64,000 nt of DNA from the human T2T-CHM13v2.0 reference genome, Homo sapiens. Where the stretch lies: the NCBI RefSeq assembly GCF_009914755.1, contig NC_060931.1. The stretch is one strand, 5' to 3'. Each line of letters starts with the position of its first letter. The stretch's first letter is position 1. Positions 40,071-53,239 of this stretch are shown here, piece by piece. The notes beneath the pieces were generated by a model. The model saw only the letters and a program-made list of their open reading frames with translations, was not told the DNA's origin and did no database searches. The translations under genes and the position numbers were made by a program.

Positions 40071-40869
40071 TGTTTGTCTATCAATGTCTGCTAGGGAATG
40101 GAAGAAATACTAACATTTTAACATAGTTTATGTGACACACGCTTTGGTGTACTATTTTAAACTTCTCTCCCTCTCTCCCCATCTTTCTCTGAAGCTCTCT
40201 CCACTCTCATCTTTTTCTTATATTTCGGGGAGAAGGAATTTACCCAAAGGAAGGAAAGAAAAACATCCCCGAAGTCTTCAAGTGTAACTTCACCCTGAGG
40301 AAGGGTGTTATTTTAATTACTGCTGAACCCATTCTGTAGGGAGGCCTGTAAATGCTTGATGCAGCTAGTAGAGTGGCAGTTAATATGCCTTTTGAATCAG
40401 TGCCACAAACTACAAAGACTGCCATCTGGGGAGGTATTACATTTTTAAGAAAAAAATAGCTGAGACTTTTCTTTAAATGAGCTTGTAAATTCCAGTCAAT
40501 CTTAAGTTCATTTCATTTTTTTTCCAAAAAATTCTTTCATATGAAATATTTAAAATTGTATTAATTAACCAGACAAGGAACAGCGATTCTGAATATCAAC
40601 GACTATGACTATACTTATAGGTTTGATTGGTGTGTTTGTATTTTGAGTTGTTTACTGTCATCTCCAACAGCAAGTTCACTAAATCTCTTTAATTTGAAAA
40701 GAACCAAACTGATGAAGAAAAGTTTTTTGCGTGCTTAATATTCCCGAGTTATCTTTTTTTCCTACCAGGAAAAAAGTTTTACTTATAAAGCAAAGGTAGT
40801 GTATTTATTAATTTCTGATATTTTAAATAACTGGTCACCCTTCATCCCCTGTGTGTAGCTGTTCTGGCA

Positions 40870-41100
40870 GATGGTGTAGGAAAGGAAGATTATTGGAGCT
40901 GGACAAAGCTGGTCAGAATTCAAGTCTTGCAGCTTAACTAGCACATTGTTCTAAGGCAACGCATGAAAGCATTTGGAGCCTCAGCCTCTTCATCTGGGAA
41001 ATGGGAAAAATACCATTTCCTTGCCAACCTTACAGAGTTGTTGAGAGAACGGAATGATATAATGGCTGTCAAAGTGCTTTATACATGGAGACATTTTATA
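40870..41100 (+). mobile_element. MIR (MIRc/MIR3-like)
   Basis: gagcctcagcctcttcatctgggaaatggga...cttacagagttgttgagag...aaagtgcttt. Confidence 0.75.
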
Positions 41101-42156
41101 TAAATCTAAAATAGCCTTATTTTTCCAAAGTTTTAAATTATCCTTGATATATGAGCTTTTCCTTTCCTTCTTGAGGGCATACTTTCATGGCAAATCCATA
41201 GCTGCTAGAAGTTACAAATTCTAAATTTCAAAGAAAATTCAAGTCAGACATCAGAAATTCATTTTTGTAAAGGTTACATTTATGTTGTGTCTCTTAATAA
41301 AATATAGAGGTACGCGAAATATAATGAAAAAATAAGCAAAGTATTACTTTAGTAGTCAATCCAATTAATCTAGCCGTAACTATTCAGACAGAGTGCCCAG
41401 GATCTTATTTCAGAATTCTCCAAGATGCCTAAACATCACACTCTGTTGACATTTTAAATGTACTTAGCAAGAAACCTTCTGATATTTATTCTTTCATTTG
41501 CTAACATTCCTTAGATTACTATGTCCCATGGAATTGCAAACTTACAGGTACTTGTTTAGTAAGGAAAATACACATATAGCCTCACAAGTAACAGACTCTG
41601 AGCTACATTGAACTTCATGTAACACCTTTGCAATTCACAGTATTCTGAGGGAACAATGGTTGAACAATTATTCATACAGGAATTTTCTTTGTCAAATATT
41701 TGAACTCACGTGTGGAAAATATTTTCCAGTTTCCTCTCTCATCTCCTTCCTCCTTCCATCTCCCTATAATCCTGGCCTATGGCAGTCTAATTTCAAGAAG
41801 TAGGCATCTCTGTAACAATGTTCTTGTCCATGTCTATATTCGAGTTCATATATCGTATGGATATAGACATATATATTTATTCTTTATCTAATCAGAATAA
41901 GAGGTGTTCCCAGAATACCTGCTCTCATCATTTGGATTATGATAGTGGTACTTTCTTCACCTGATAGTTTTTGCACAAAAGTAAATATTTTATTTGAGAA
42001 TAATTAATAATGTTCTTCAATTAGAAAAGCTTAATGAAAAAAAACTGTCTATTTTTTATCTGCTTTTAAAAGTTTACCTGTATTTTTTCTCCTTCTTTTC
42101 TGCCTGCCATCTTTTTAATCTTAATAGTAAGTCTTCACGTGAAAAAATAAAGCATT

Positions 42157-42807
42157 GGCCAGGTGTGGTGGCTCACTCCTGTCATCCCAGCACTTTGAGA
42201 GGCCAAGGCGGGTGGATCACTTGAGTTTGAGACCAGCCTGGCCAACATGGTGAAATTCCGTTTCCATTAGAAATACAAGAAATTGGCCGGGCGCAGTGGC
42301 TCACACCTGTAATTCCTACACTTTGGGAGGCCAAGGCGGGTGGATCACCTGCGGTCAGGAGTTCGAGACCAGCCCGACCAACATGATGAAACCCCGTCTC
42401 TACTAACAATACAAAAAAATTAGCCGGGTGTAGTGGCACGTGCCTGTAATCCCAGCTACTCAGGAAGCTGAGGCAGGAGAATCACTTTAACCTGGCAGGT
42501 GAAGGTTGCAGTGAGCCGAAATTGCGCCACTGCTCTCCAGCCTGGGCAACAAGAGCAAAACTCCATCTCAAAAAAAAAAAGCCAAAAAAAAACTAAAAAA
42601 CAAAAAAATAACCCACAAGAAATTAGCCAGACATGGTAGCAGTGTCTATAATCCCAGCTACTCGGGAGGCTGAGACACGAGAATCACTTGAACCGGGAGG
42701 TGGAAGTTGCAGTGAACCGAGATTGAACCACTGCACTCCAGCCTGGGTGACAGAGCAAGACTCTGTCTCAAAAAATAAATAAATAAATAAATAAATTAAA
42801 TTAAAAT
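42157..42807 (+). mobile_element. Alu (AluS), split by a nested Alu
   Basis: Left arm 42157-42284 and right arm 42625-42807; TSD aaataaagcatt (42145-42156 / 42808-42819). Confidence 0.95.
42285..42614 (+). mobile_element. Alu (AluSq/Sp-like) nested in the linker of the outer Alu
   Basis: gggcaacaagagcaaaactcc diagnostic; TSD acaagaaatt (42275-42284 / 42615-42624). Confidence 0.95.
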
Positions 42808-45800
42808 AAATAAAGCATTTAGCATTTAGATTACTATGTGATGGGTCAACTTAGAGTTTTATATTCGCTGTGTTCTGATTATTCATTAAGATAGAATGGC
42901 TGTGACAATTAGTTTGTTCACCCCATACAATTGTACTACTGTTCTTAAGGCCCTTACATGGTGGATCAGGCAGTAAAGACAAGCAGTATCTGTTGCTTCC
43001 ATAACATTTCCATGTAGCCAACTTTGCTAATTGCATGAAACAAATTTACATGGTTAGGCTATTTCTCATAAATGCTCAACGTATACTTGTCCCTCAGCTG
43101 TCCTCTTACACTGATAGTGTCTTACTCTAAAGATTCTAAAATATCCCCAAACAATCTGCTTAATAACTACAAGGAGGTTGTTGAAACTTACAGACAACTT
43201 CTAGGTTTACACCAGCAGCTGAATACATTTATTGCATGTCCAGCTTAAGGAAGCATTTATAAATTGAAATCTTTAATGAGTTTCCTAACTTAGGCGGGAG
43301 AAGAAGATGCAATCAAGATGTATTTTTCCTGTGAAAAGTAGGAGATAGTTGAACAGTATTAGAAGTTGAACAGCTGGTCACTGTTTATGAAAACAGCTAG
43401 GCTCTTATCCATAAGACAGGAAAGAGAGTCAAAAGCCAAAGTCTCCTTTTAAGATACAGCTGGAAAGTTTTCAGAGTTCAAGGAAAATTTTAAACCTAGG
43501 GTAGATATGCCTTTTTTTCCCTCTTGTAGTAATAGTAAAAAGAAGAGTAAACCAAAAAATCTCAAGAGTAAAAATACCTTTATCAATTCAACAATTGATA
43601 TTCTACCAAACACATATATTACTTTTGGGAAAAAAAATTGCAAACTTTTACCGCAAGTAAGAACAGGTCAGTGATGCAGACACTATATAAAAATAAGAGG
43701 AAAATGCATTAAATGTAAAGTGGATAAAAAAGTATAAAACAAGAAATATAGCTAAGCATGACTTTCAATTTCTCTTATGGTCTCCTTAATGACTGAAAAT
43801 AAATTAGAAACTTTAGCAGGAAGTACTTTTTTCAAGGTAGAATGAACAGCTTTCTAGATCAGCTATCTGTTATCTAGTAGATTCACTGAGTTTTATGGCC
43901 AAAGGGACTTAGAAAAGGAGCTCTGGATAGAAAAATTAGGAGGAAGTAGATTGAATGATTTATTTCTATATTATTTTATTGATAAGTTTAATCGTGATTC
44001 TTTCTGTGGCAAACATTTGTCCACTGTCAGAGAAGGATTAACCTATGTAAAACAGTTGAAATCAGATTTAGAGGCCATTTTGAGTAAGTAAGAAAAAAAA
44101 ATAAGGAATTAAATACAACATCATCCTACAAATAAACTTCACTCCACTAGGCAGTTGTATTCTGGAAGTATCATATTACTGTATTTTAACAGGTGACGTG
44201 AGACTTGCAAAAAAATACCTGGTCCCCCAACAGATAAATATGAATTTGTTCAGAGCTATGTCCATACATAATAACTGGAAGTGCTCCATTGGATTCTTTT
44301 ATTTTTCTTTAGGTTGCTACTAAGTTCTGATAAAACAATTGATTATTATTTTGGACAAGGGAATTTAAATTATGCATGGAAACATAAATATATGTAAGTT
44401 TTACAGAGAAGATAATACTATGAATTTAGTGCGTTTGAATTCAAAAGAAAAGATATCAAATTAAAACGCAGCATGAGTTAAACCATGGTTTTAAAAGCTT
44501 GCACACACATCTAGGTTTTCAAATAAATCAGATTAAATTAGCTGTTATTTTATTCTCTTCTTTAGCTGCTTTTGAAATATGTGGCAGGATTCGTCATTTG
44601 ACTTAAAAAATGAATGTAGTTGCTTATTTCCTTTTCAGCTTTTTTTCATTACCGTAAAAACAAAGTTTTAGCAGTCCATGTCTGCTCTCATTTCATCAAG
44701 AACCAGTAAAAATTAAATTTAAAAAACACTTTGAGAGCTTGCCCTAAAGTTAGCAGCAATAAAGCATATGCTGGTCTGCATATAGTTTTAGTTTTCATTC
44801 CCTTCAAACTTTTGTACTCTTCTCAAAGCTTTGACTGCTATTTTCTTTCCATGATTAGATTGTTATGGCCACACCATCTACCTGAAGAGAATTATGATAC
44901 TGGTTTGGAACAAAACTCTCCTTTTTTTGGAAAGTGCAGGTAAACAATGTGGCCTTTGCATTCTGTACTATTGATGAAACCCCGCCTCTCTCACTTTCTT
45001 TTCTTGCTACCATTATCAACAGTCCCTCTGCAAAAGAGGATGTAGATTTTCCTTATCTTTCCAATCTAATGCTTCTAAATAATGTCAGTCTTGGTTCACC
45101 CATGATGTAAACCACTCTAATTTCCTTTATAGACTTCAAATGTAAAGTTCATTTGATTTATTGGTAACTTATGTGCTACTCCTTTCACAAATATTGCACA
45201 GCCTTTGCCAGAGGATGCTTCCTAGACATAAACCCCAAATGGTGCAAAAGTGAAAACTGACTCTAAAAGCTGTTAAAACAGTGCGTGGATGAAATATGCT
45301 AGATAATCTTTTTTTTTTTTTTTTGGTCAAGTGTAAATGAAGCAAAGCTTCCCTTCACTTATATACATGTGTGCATGTGTGCATGCACACGTGCACACAT
45401 ACTACTTAAAGGTTTGTAGATGTAACTTTTGTTGCAACCTAAGTCTCTGCAAACCTGTTTTCTTATATCTTGTCAATAATGCCATGACCAAATAATTAAA
45501 ATCTTAGACTTTCAGAGTTAGGAACTTGCTTTTGGCTGAGTGGGTAGACATAGAGTTACAGAATGCCTGGGAAGGCTGTATGAAAGAAAAATCATAGGCA
45601 AGTACAAAAGCATATAACCTCAAATTAGAAAATAGTTGTGAAAAGAAGATAAAAGAAAAAAAAAACATTTCTGTATAGTGTTAAGAAATCTTAAAAAGTA
45701 GCAAAATGCTTATCATGTGTATATATAGAATAGCTGATAGAAAGTATAATCCTGAGGTCCTAAAGAGCCTTCAGTAAAGCACAATACTTGTAAGCTATAG

Positions 45801-46562
45801 GTAATTGGTATTATCTATAAAAGGCACATAGCTCATCTTCCAACTTACGATGACACCAAGAAAAAGTTACCTACTGATGGTTGAAAATTAATATCTAATA
45901 CTTATCATAGGCAAATGTTTTTGGGAAAAAAATTCTAAGTCATATTAGAAATCTCCTAAGAGGGTAGTCAATAAAACTAAAGATTTAAAATTTTCTCTTG
46001 AGTAAAAACTAAATAAAAAATCTCACATAAAATCCTTAGGTCTTATAAAATATGAAACATTTATTACTTTTTCTCTGTATTATATTTCATTCACTATAAC
46101 AAGAATTTGTTGAGTTAAAATTAACATGCAATGAACCTTAGTTTCCTAACACCTTGTGCACTTTCGGATATAGAATAAATTTTTTTTATTTATTATTTAT
46201 TTATTATTCTTATGATTATTTTTTAATTTGAGCCAGTTCGGCAGAAGGCTGGATGTATTGCCAGGGTAGATGTGTTCTGCTGAGAAGCCAAGTACATGTC
46301 ATAGAGAGTAAGAGGAACAATGGCTTGTAAGGTGGTCACATGCGTGGCTTTAGCCTTTTAGTCAGTAAATAGGGCACCACCATGTGTCACGTCAGAGAGG
46401 TCCATCATCCTTCCTTCTGTTTTAGCCTTGGATCCAACCTCACTGAGCCACCCTCAAGGTTAAATGGGCTTTCTGATACCCTTATAATCTGTTCTCTGAG
46501 CTACTAACATTGCCAAAAGCCAATGAAGAAGTAGTACTAACATTCATCAGAATTCATTTCTA

Positions 46563-47945
46563 CTCCAGCACCTGTTGTTTCCTGACTTTTTAATGATTGC
46601 CATTCTAACTGGTGTGAGATGGTATCTCACTGTGGTTTTGATTTGCATTTCTCTGATGGCCAGTGATGATCAGCGTTTTTTCATGTGTCTTTTGGCTGCA
46701 TAAATGTCTTCTTTTGAGAAGTGTCTGTTCATATCCTTTGCCCACTTTTTGATGGGGTTGTTTGTTTTTTTCTTGTAAATTTTTGAGTTCTTTGGAGATT
46801 CTGGATATTATCCCTTTGTCAGATGAGTAGATTGCAAAAATTTTCTCCCATTCTGTAGGTTGCCTGTTCACTCTGATGGTAGTTTCTTTTGCTGTGCAGA
46901 AGCTTTTTAGTTTAATTAGATCCCATTTGTCAATTTTGGCTTTTGTTGCCATTGCTTTTGGTGTTTTAGACATGAAGTCCTTGCCCATGCCTATGTCCTG
47001 AATGGTATTGCCTAGGTTTTCTTCTAGGGTTTTTATGGTTTTAGGTCTAACATTTAAGTCTTTAATCCATCTTGAATTAATTTTTGTATAAGGTGTAAGG
47101 AAGGGAGCCAGTTTCAGCTTTCTACATATGGCTAGCCAGTTTTCCCAGCACCATTTGTTAAATAGGGAATCCTTTCCCCATTTCTTGTTTTTGTCAGGTT
47201 TGTCAAAGATCAGATGGTTGTACATGTGTGGCATTATTTCTGAGGGCTCTGTTCTGTTCCATTGGTCTATATCTCTGTTTTGGTAGAAATACCATGCTGT
47301 TTTGGAGAAATAGGAACAATTTTACACTGTTGGTGGGACTGTAAACTAGTTCAACCACTGTGGAAGTCAGTGTGGCGATTCCTCAAGGATCTAGAACTAG
47401 AAATACCATTTAACCCAGCCATCCCATTACTGGGTATATACCCAAAGGATTATAAATCATGCTGCTATAAAGACACATGCACACGTATGTTTATTGCAGC
47501 ACTATTCACAATAGCAAAGACTTGGAACCAACCCAAATGTCCAACAAAGATAGTCTGGATTAAGAAAATGTGGCACATATACACCACGGAATACTATGCA
47601 GCCGTAAAAAATGATGAGTTCATGTCCTTTGTAGGGACATGGATGAAGCTGGAAACCATCATTCTCAGCAAACTATCACAAGGACAAAAAACCAAACACT
47701 GCACATTCTAACTTATAGGTGGGAATTGAACAATGAGAACACTTGACACAGGAAGGGGAACATCACACACCGGGGCCTGTTGTAGGGTGGGGGGAGGGGG
47801 GAGGGATAGCATTAGGAGATATACCTAATGTAAATGACGAGTTAATGGGTGCAGCACACCAACATGACACATGTATACATATGTAACAAACCTGCACGTT
47901 GTGCACATGTACCCTAGAACTTAAAGTATAATTAAAAAAAAAAAG
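46563..47945 (+). mobile_element. L1PA4-like insertion with 5' inversion (46563-47305 antisense, 47303-47945 sense)
   Basis: ORF2 pieces on opposite strands (ORFs 46605..47234 minus, 47262..47711 plus) inside one TSD, agaattcatttcta (46549-46562) / agaattcaattcta (47946-47959). Confidence 0.97.
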
Positions 47946-48559
47946 AGAATTCAATTCTATTGCAAGGACATAATATAGGCTATTTCTACCATGTAACACA
48001 CATTTTTGGTGAAAATATTTGCTAAAATGAGTATTAAACAGCTTCCTTTCAAGATGATCAATATTATATTTCTTTAAACCTCACATATTCTGTGTAGGTG
48101 AGTTTTGAGCAATATTTTAAAGAGAAAATATCTCATATAGTCATTGAATTACTTGCAGTGATATAGAACAGCAGTAACTGCCTTGAACAAAAGACAGTTA
48201 ACAAAATGTATGTTTCATCTTAATGCTACTTCATGATAGGTAGGGAATGAATTTGTCAACCTATATGAGTATAATACTAGCAGGTCAGTTTTAAAGACCA
48301 CTGATTTGTATAAAGACTTTCAAAGGATTAAAAATGTAAAATAAACACATATCAATCCACAAAGTCAATGACTTATTAATATTTTTAGAACTGTATTAAA
48401 AGTTCTTAATTATAATTCTTTCCTATGTTATTAGAAATGCATGTTATTAATTTGTATGTGCTTTACTTAGTTCTTTAAATGTAAAGTGTTGCTTCTAAAT
48501 TTGTGGACAAATCAGCTTTTGCTTTACCTAAAAGAATCCCACACTAGAACAAATGAGTT

Positions 48560-49005
48560 CTTTCTTTTAAAGTAGTATAACACGGTGTTTTAATAAACAT
48601 ACACATTGTTCAATAATTTTCACAATGAAGCTAATGAACATGCCTATATACTTAAGACATACCTTCTTAGTGTCTCTGAATTTCAAGCATATAGTGCATT
48701 TTTAAAATTGATAGTCACCATGCTGAACATTAGGTCTCCAAAATTCATTCAACCTGTCTAATTGAAATTTTTTAACCTTTGACCAAAATCTCCCCATTTC
48801 CTCAACCTCCAACCTCTGGTAACCATCATTCTCTCTCTTTCTGAGTTCAACGTCTCTAAATTCTACCCATAAATGAGATTATGTAGTATTTGTCTTTCTG
48901 TGTCTGGCTTATTTCGCTTAGTATAATGTCTTCCAGGTTCATTCATGTTGTTGGAAATGTGAGGACCTTCTTTTTTTTTAAGGCTTATTAATATTTCATT
49001 GTGTA

Positions 49006-49038
<33 letters not shown>

Positions 49039-49128
49039 GATATATCCATCCATTTATCCATCAAGAGACAGGTGGTTTCCGTATCTTGGTTATAGTGAAT
49101 AATGCTGCCATGAACTTTTGATAATAGC
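48560..49128 (-). mobile_element. L1MA-type 3' end
   Basis: atagtcaccatgctg...ctctggtaaccatcattct...gtatttgtctttctgtgtctggcttattt. Confidence 0.85.
49005..49038. repeat. (CA)n microsatellite
   Basis: acacacatacacacac... within the L1. Confidence 0.9.
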
Positions 49129-49129
49129 C

Positions 49130-49567
49130 TTTTTAATTTTTTTTTGTTGTTCCATACATTATTGGGTTACAGGTTGTATTTGGTTACATGAGTATGTTCC
49201 TTAGTGGTGCTTTGTGAGATTTTGGTGTACCCATCACTCAAGAAGTAAACACTGCACCCTATTTGTAGTCTTTTATTCCTTGCCCCCTCCCAGCCTTCCC
49301 CCGAAGTCCCCAAAGTCCATTGTATCATTCTTATACCTTTGTGTCCTCATGCTTAGTTCCCACATATCATTGAGAGCATACGGTGTCTGGTTTTCCATTC
49401 CTGAGTCACTTCACTTAGAATAATGGTCTCCAATCTCATTCAGGTCACTGCAAATGCCGTTAATTCATTCCTTTTTATGGGTGAGTAATATTCTATTGTA
49501 TTTATATATACCAATTTCTTTATCCACTTGTTGATTGATGGGCATTTGGGTTGGTTCCATGATTTTG
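49130..49567 (-). mobile_element. L1PB1-like 3' end
   Basis: ttggttacatgagtatgttccttagtggtg...tgtgagattttggtg...gagtcacttcacttagaataat. Confidence 0.85.
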
Positions 49568-49569
49568 GA

Positions 49570-49770
49570 AAATAAATATAAAGTGATAACATCTTTGATC
49601 TAAAAAAGTGGGCAAAGGAACTAAATAGGTATTTTTCCAAGGAGGACACACAAATGGCCAATAGGTATATAAAAAGGTACTCAGCATCACCAATCAGAGA
49701 AATGCGAATCAAAACCACCATGAGATATCACTTCACATCAATTAAGATAGCTTTTATCCAAAGGCTGTTA
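49570..49770 (+). mobile_element. L1M ORF2 fragment, sense (inverted relative to its neighbours)
   Basis: ORF 49654 [27 protein letters not shown] is ORF2p-like. Confidence 0.85.
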
Positions 49771-49807
49771 TCTTTGGATAAAAGACTGTTATCTTTGGGT
49801 AAAAGGA

Positions 49808-52170
49808 CATGTTTCATTTCCACATATTTGTCAATTTTCCAATTTTTCTCCTGTTATTGATTTCTATTTTTATACTATCATAGTTGGAAAAAAATACCTA
49901 CTTTCACTCTGCTTAAATTTGCTAAGACTTGTTTTGTGGCCTGATATAGAATCCATTGTAGATAATATTCTGTTTTATGCTTGAGAAGAATGCGTATTCT
50001 GCTGTTGTGGAATGGAATGTTCTGTATATATTTGTTGAGATCGTTCAAGTCCAATGTCTCCTCATTGATTTTCTGTCTGGATAATCTATCCATTGATCAA
50101 AGTAGGGTATTGAAGTCCCTTACTGTTATTATATTGCTGTTTATCTCTCCATTTAGTTCTGTTAGTATTAGCTTTACATATTTGGGTGCTCTGCTGTTAA
50201 GTGCACACATATATATAATTGTTATATATGTGATGAATTGACCCCTTTGTCATTATATAATTACCTTCTTTTTCTCTTTTTACAGTTTTGACTTACAGTC
50301 TTCTTTGTCTGATGTAAGTATAGCTACCTCTGCTTTCTTTTGGTTTCCATATGCATGGAATATCATTTTTCATCCTTCGCTTTCAGTCTTGTCTGAAAGC
50401 TGAAGTAAGTCTGATAGGCAGCATATAGCTGGATCTTGTATATATTTTTCTTTAACCCATTCAGCCACTCTATGTTTTGTTTACTGGATAATTTAATCCA
50501 TTTACATTCAAGGTAATTATTTTTAGGTAAATACTTACTATTGTCATTTTGTTATTTATTTTCTGGTTGTTTTGTAGATCCTTTGTTCCTTTCTCCTCTT
50601 ATTTTTCTTCTTTTGTGATTTGATACTTTTCTTTAATGACATGGTTTGATTTCTTTATCTTTGCTTTATCTACTGTAGCTTTTTGCTTTGTGATTACTAT
50701 GAGGCTTACATATAACATCTTATAATCTTAACAATCTATCTTAAGCTAATATCTTAATTTGATTGCATATGAAAACTACATACTTACTCTCTTCCCGAAT
50801 TTTTACGTTTCCAGTGACACAGTTTACATAGTTTTATATTGTGTATTGATTAACAAATTATTGTAGCTCTATTTGTTTCTAATAGTTTTGTCTTTTAACC
50901 TTTATGCTAGAGCTATAAGTTATACACATACCACCATTACTGTATTACATATTCTGAATTTGACTTTATACTTACTTTTACCAGTACATTTTATGCTTTC
51001 ATATTACTTTATTTCACTAATTAGAATCCATCTTTTCAGCTTGAAGTATTCCTGTTGCATTTCTTGTAAGGCAAGTCTAGTAATAATGAATTCTCTCAGG
51101 TTTTGTTTGTTGGGGAAAGTCTTGATCTCTCCCTTGCTGAACAGCTTTACCAGGCAAACTATTTTTGGTTGGCAGGTTTTTCTTTTTCTTTTTCTTTTTT
51201 TTTTCCTTTTTTTTTTTGAGATGAAGTCTCTCTCTGTCACCCAGGCTGGAGGGCAGCGGGCGGCTCACTGCAACTTCCACCTCCTGGGTTCAAGCGATTC
51301 TCCTGCCTCAGCCCCCCGAGTAGCTGGGACTACAGGTGCGTGCAACCACGCCCGGTTAATTTTTTGTATTAGTAGAGATGGGGTTTCACTGTGTTAGCCA
51401 GGATGGTCTCCATCTCCTGACCTTGTGGTCTGCCCACCTTGTCCTCCCAAAGTGCTGGGATTACAGGCGTGACTCACCATACCCGGCCTTTTTTTTTTTT
51501 TTTTTTTTCAGTACTTCAAAAATATTATTACACCTCTCCTGGCCTGCAAAGTTTCTGCCGAGAAATCTGGTAGCCATTATGGTGTTTCCATCGTATGTGA
51601 CAAACCACTTTTCCCTTGCTGGATTTAAGATTCTCTTTGTCATTGATATTTGGCAGTTTGTTTATAAAATGTCTTGGTGAAGTCTTCTTTGGGCTGAACC
51701 TGATTGGAGAGTTTTGATCTTCATGTGCCTAGATGGTTGTATCTTTCAGTAGATTTGGGGAGTTTTCAGCCATTATTGAGCTAAATAAGCTTTTGTCATT
51801 TTATCTTATGAAATTCCTGTAGTGCAAACGTGTCCCATGAATCACACAGGCTTTTTATGTACATCCCTTTTCACTGTTCATTTTCTCTCTTCTGACTAGA
51901 TATTTTCAAATGTCTCTCTTGAGTTCACAGATTCTTTCTTTTATTTGATTAAGTCTGCTGTTGAAACCCTCTATTGCCTTTTAAATTTCATTCATTTGTA
52001 TTCCTCAATTCCAGTGTTTCTGCTTGTTGTTTTTTTCCCATATCTATGTTTATTTTTTCATTTTGTTTGTGTATTTTTTTTCTTGATGTTATTAAGGTGT
52101 ATAACAGTGTTCTCTTGTAGCTTGATAAGCTACTTTAATACAATTATTTTGAATTCTTTGTCAGGCACTT
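49808..52170 (-). mobile_element. L1M ORF1 / ORF2-endonuclease region, antisense
   Basis: ORF 49878..50093 (MDRLSRQKINEETLDLN) is EN-like; ORF 51004..51240 (GEIKTFPNKQNLREFIITRLALQEM) is ORF1p C-terminus-like. Confidence 0.9.
51177..51488 (-). mobile_element. Alu (AluSc-like)
   Basis: Antisense dimer with T-tracts on both sides. Confidence 0.95.
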
Positions 52171-53006
52171 AAACTGACAAATTAGTTTGTGCTTTACCTA
52201 AAAAACACCCCAGAGCACAACAAATGATATATCCACACATATCCACACATATAGCACAACAAATGATATGTATTAGAGTAGGCATAAGTTTCCAACTAGT
52301 TTTTATTTCATTATATTTGTGGGTCTGACTTCTAATATTTACATATTTGTCTTTCTTCCATCCATGTCTTGTTGCTGACATTATTAGACCTGTGTTGCAG
52401 ACGTTAATTATATATGAAATATATGAATTTGGTTTTATACTCTTATGTAAGAACAATATTTCTGTTTAACTTCAGCTGGATAATTTTGAATAGCACTCAG
52501 TAACCAGCAGAGAGCAAGATTAATTTCAATATGACACTGCAGAGAGTTCTATCCTGTTGCAGGAAGTGTTGTTTTTGCAACAATGGTAGATGCCCTTTGC
52601 TATTTTTCTGTCCCCTGACAGAAATTAATAGTAAAGATCTTACAAAGTAATTTATCAACTACTTTTTAAATTTACAGTCGTACAAACCATATGTCCTCAG
52701 TTGAGGGAATATGTTGTGTATGATTTTGCATCAAACTGTTAGTGAAAGGTAGATTCTGACCAGAGTAAGCTCTCGGGAGTAACTGATCTGGGTGACTTTG
52801 ACTTTGGTTAGACTCACTGAGGCCTGGTCCTGAAAGAAGCTAAAGGGACCTGCAGCAGGACTCTGAGTGATCCCACAAGTTATGTAAACACAGATGTAGC
52901 AGGCAGAGGTGTGCAGCCCAGCAAAGAGCCCTGGCCGAAGTCAGAGCAATTAGCACATTTTGAAGTAAAGTGCCCACGCAGGCCTCAGAAAATAAACAAG
53001 CAGTTT

Positions 53007-53036
53007 TGTGTGTGCGTGTGTGTGTGTGTGTGTGTG
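53007..53036. repeat. (TG)n microsatellite, interrupted
   Basis: (TG)4CG(TG)10. Confidence 0.93.
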
Positions 53037-53239
53037 TTTGTGTTTCAAAAAGCATCAAGGTAGGCTTCAAATCTTATAAAGTATCATAAAAATGGGATGG
53101 ATTATGTACTATTTATATCTCATAAAAATATATAGTTGTAACTCTGTATAGATCTTTATGTTTATCTTTAACATAAAGGTAAAATATCCATTTAAAAATG
53201 TACTTTCAGCTGCTATTAAGCATAGATTATTATTAATAT

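Noticed and set aside
20648-47711. Longest ORFs (184, 200, 209 and 149 aa)
   Set aside because: They are fragments of L1 ORF2p in 5'-truncated copies with no promoter or ORF1, so they are neither functional genes nor active elements.
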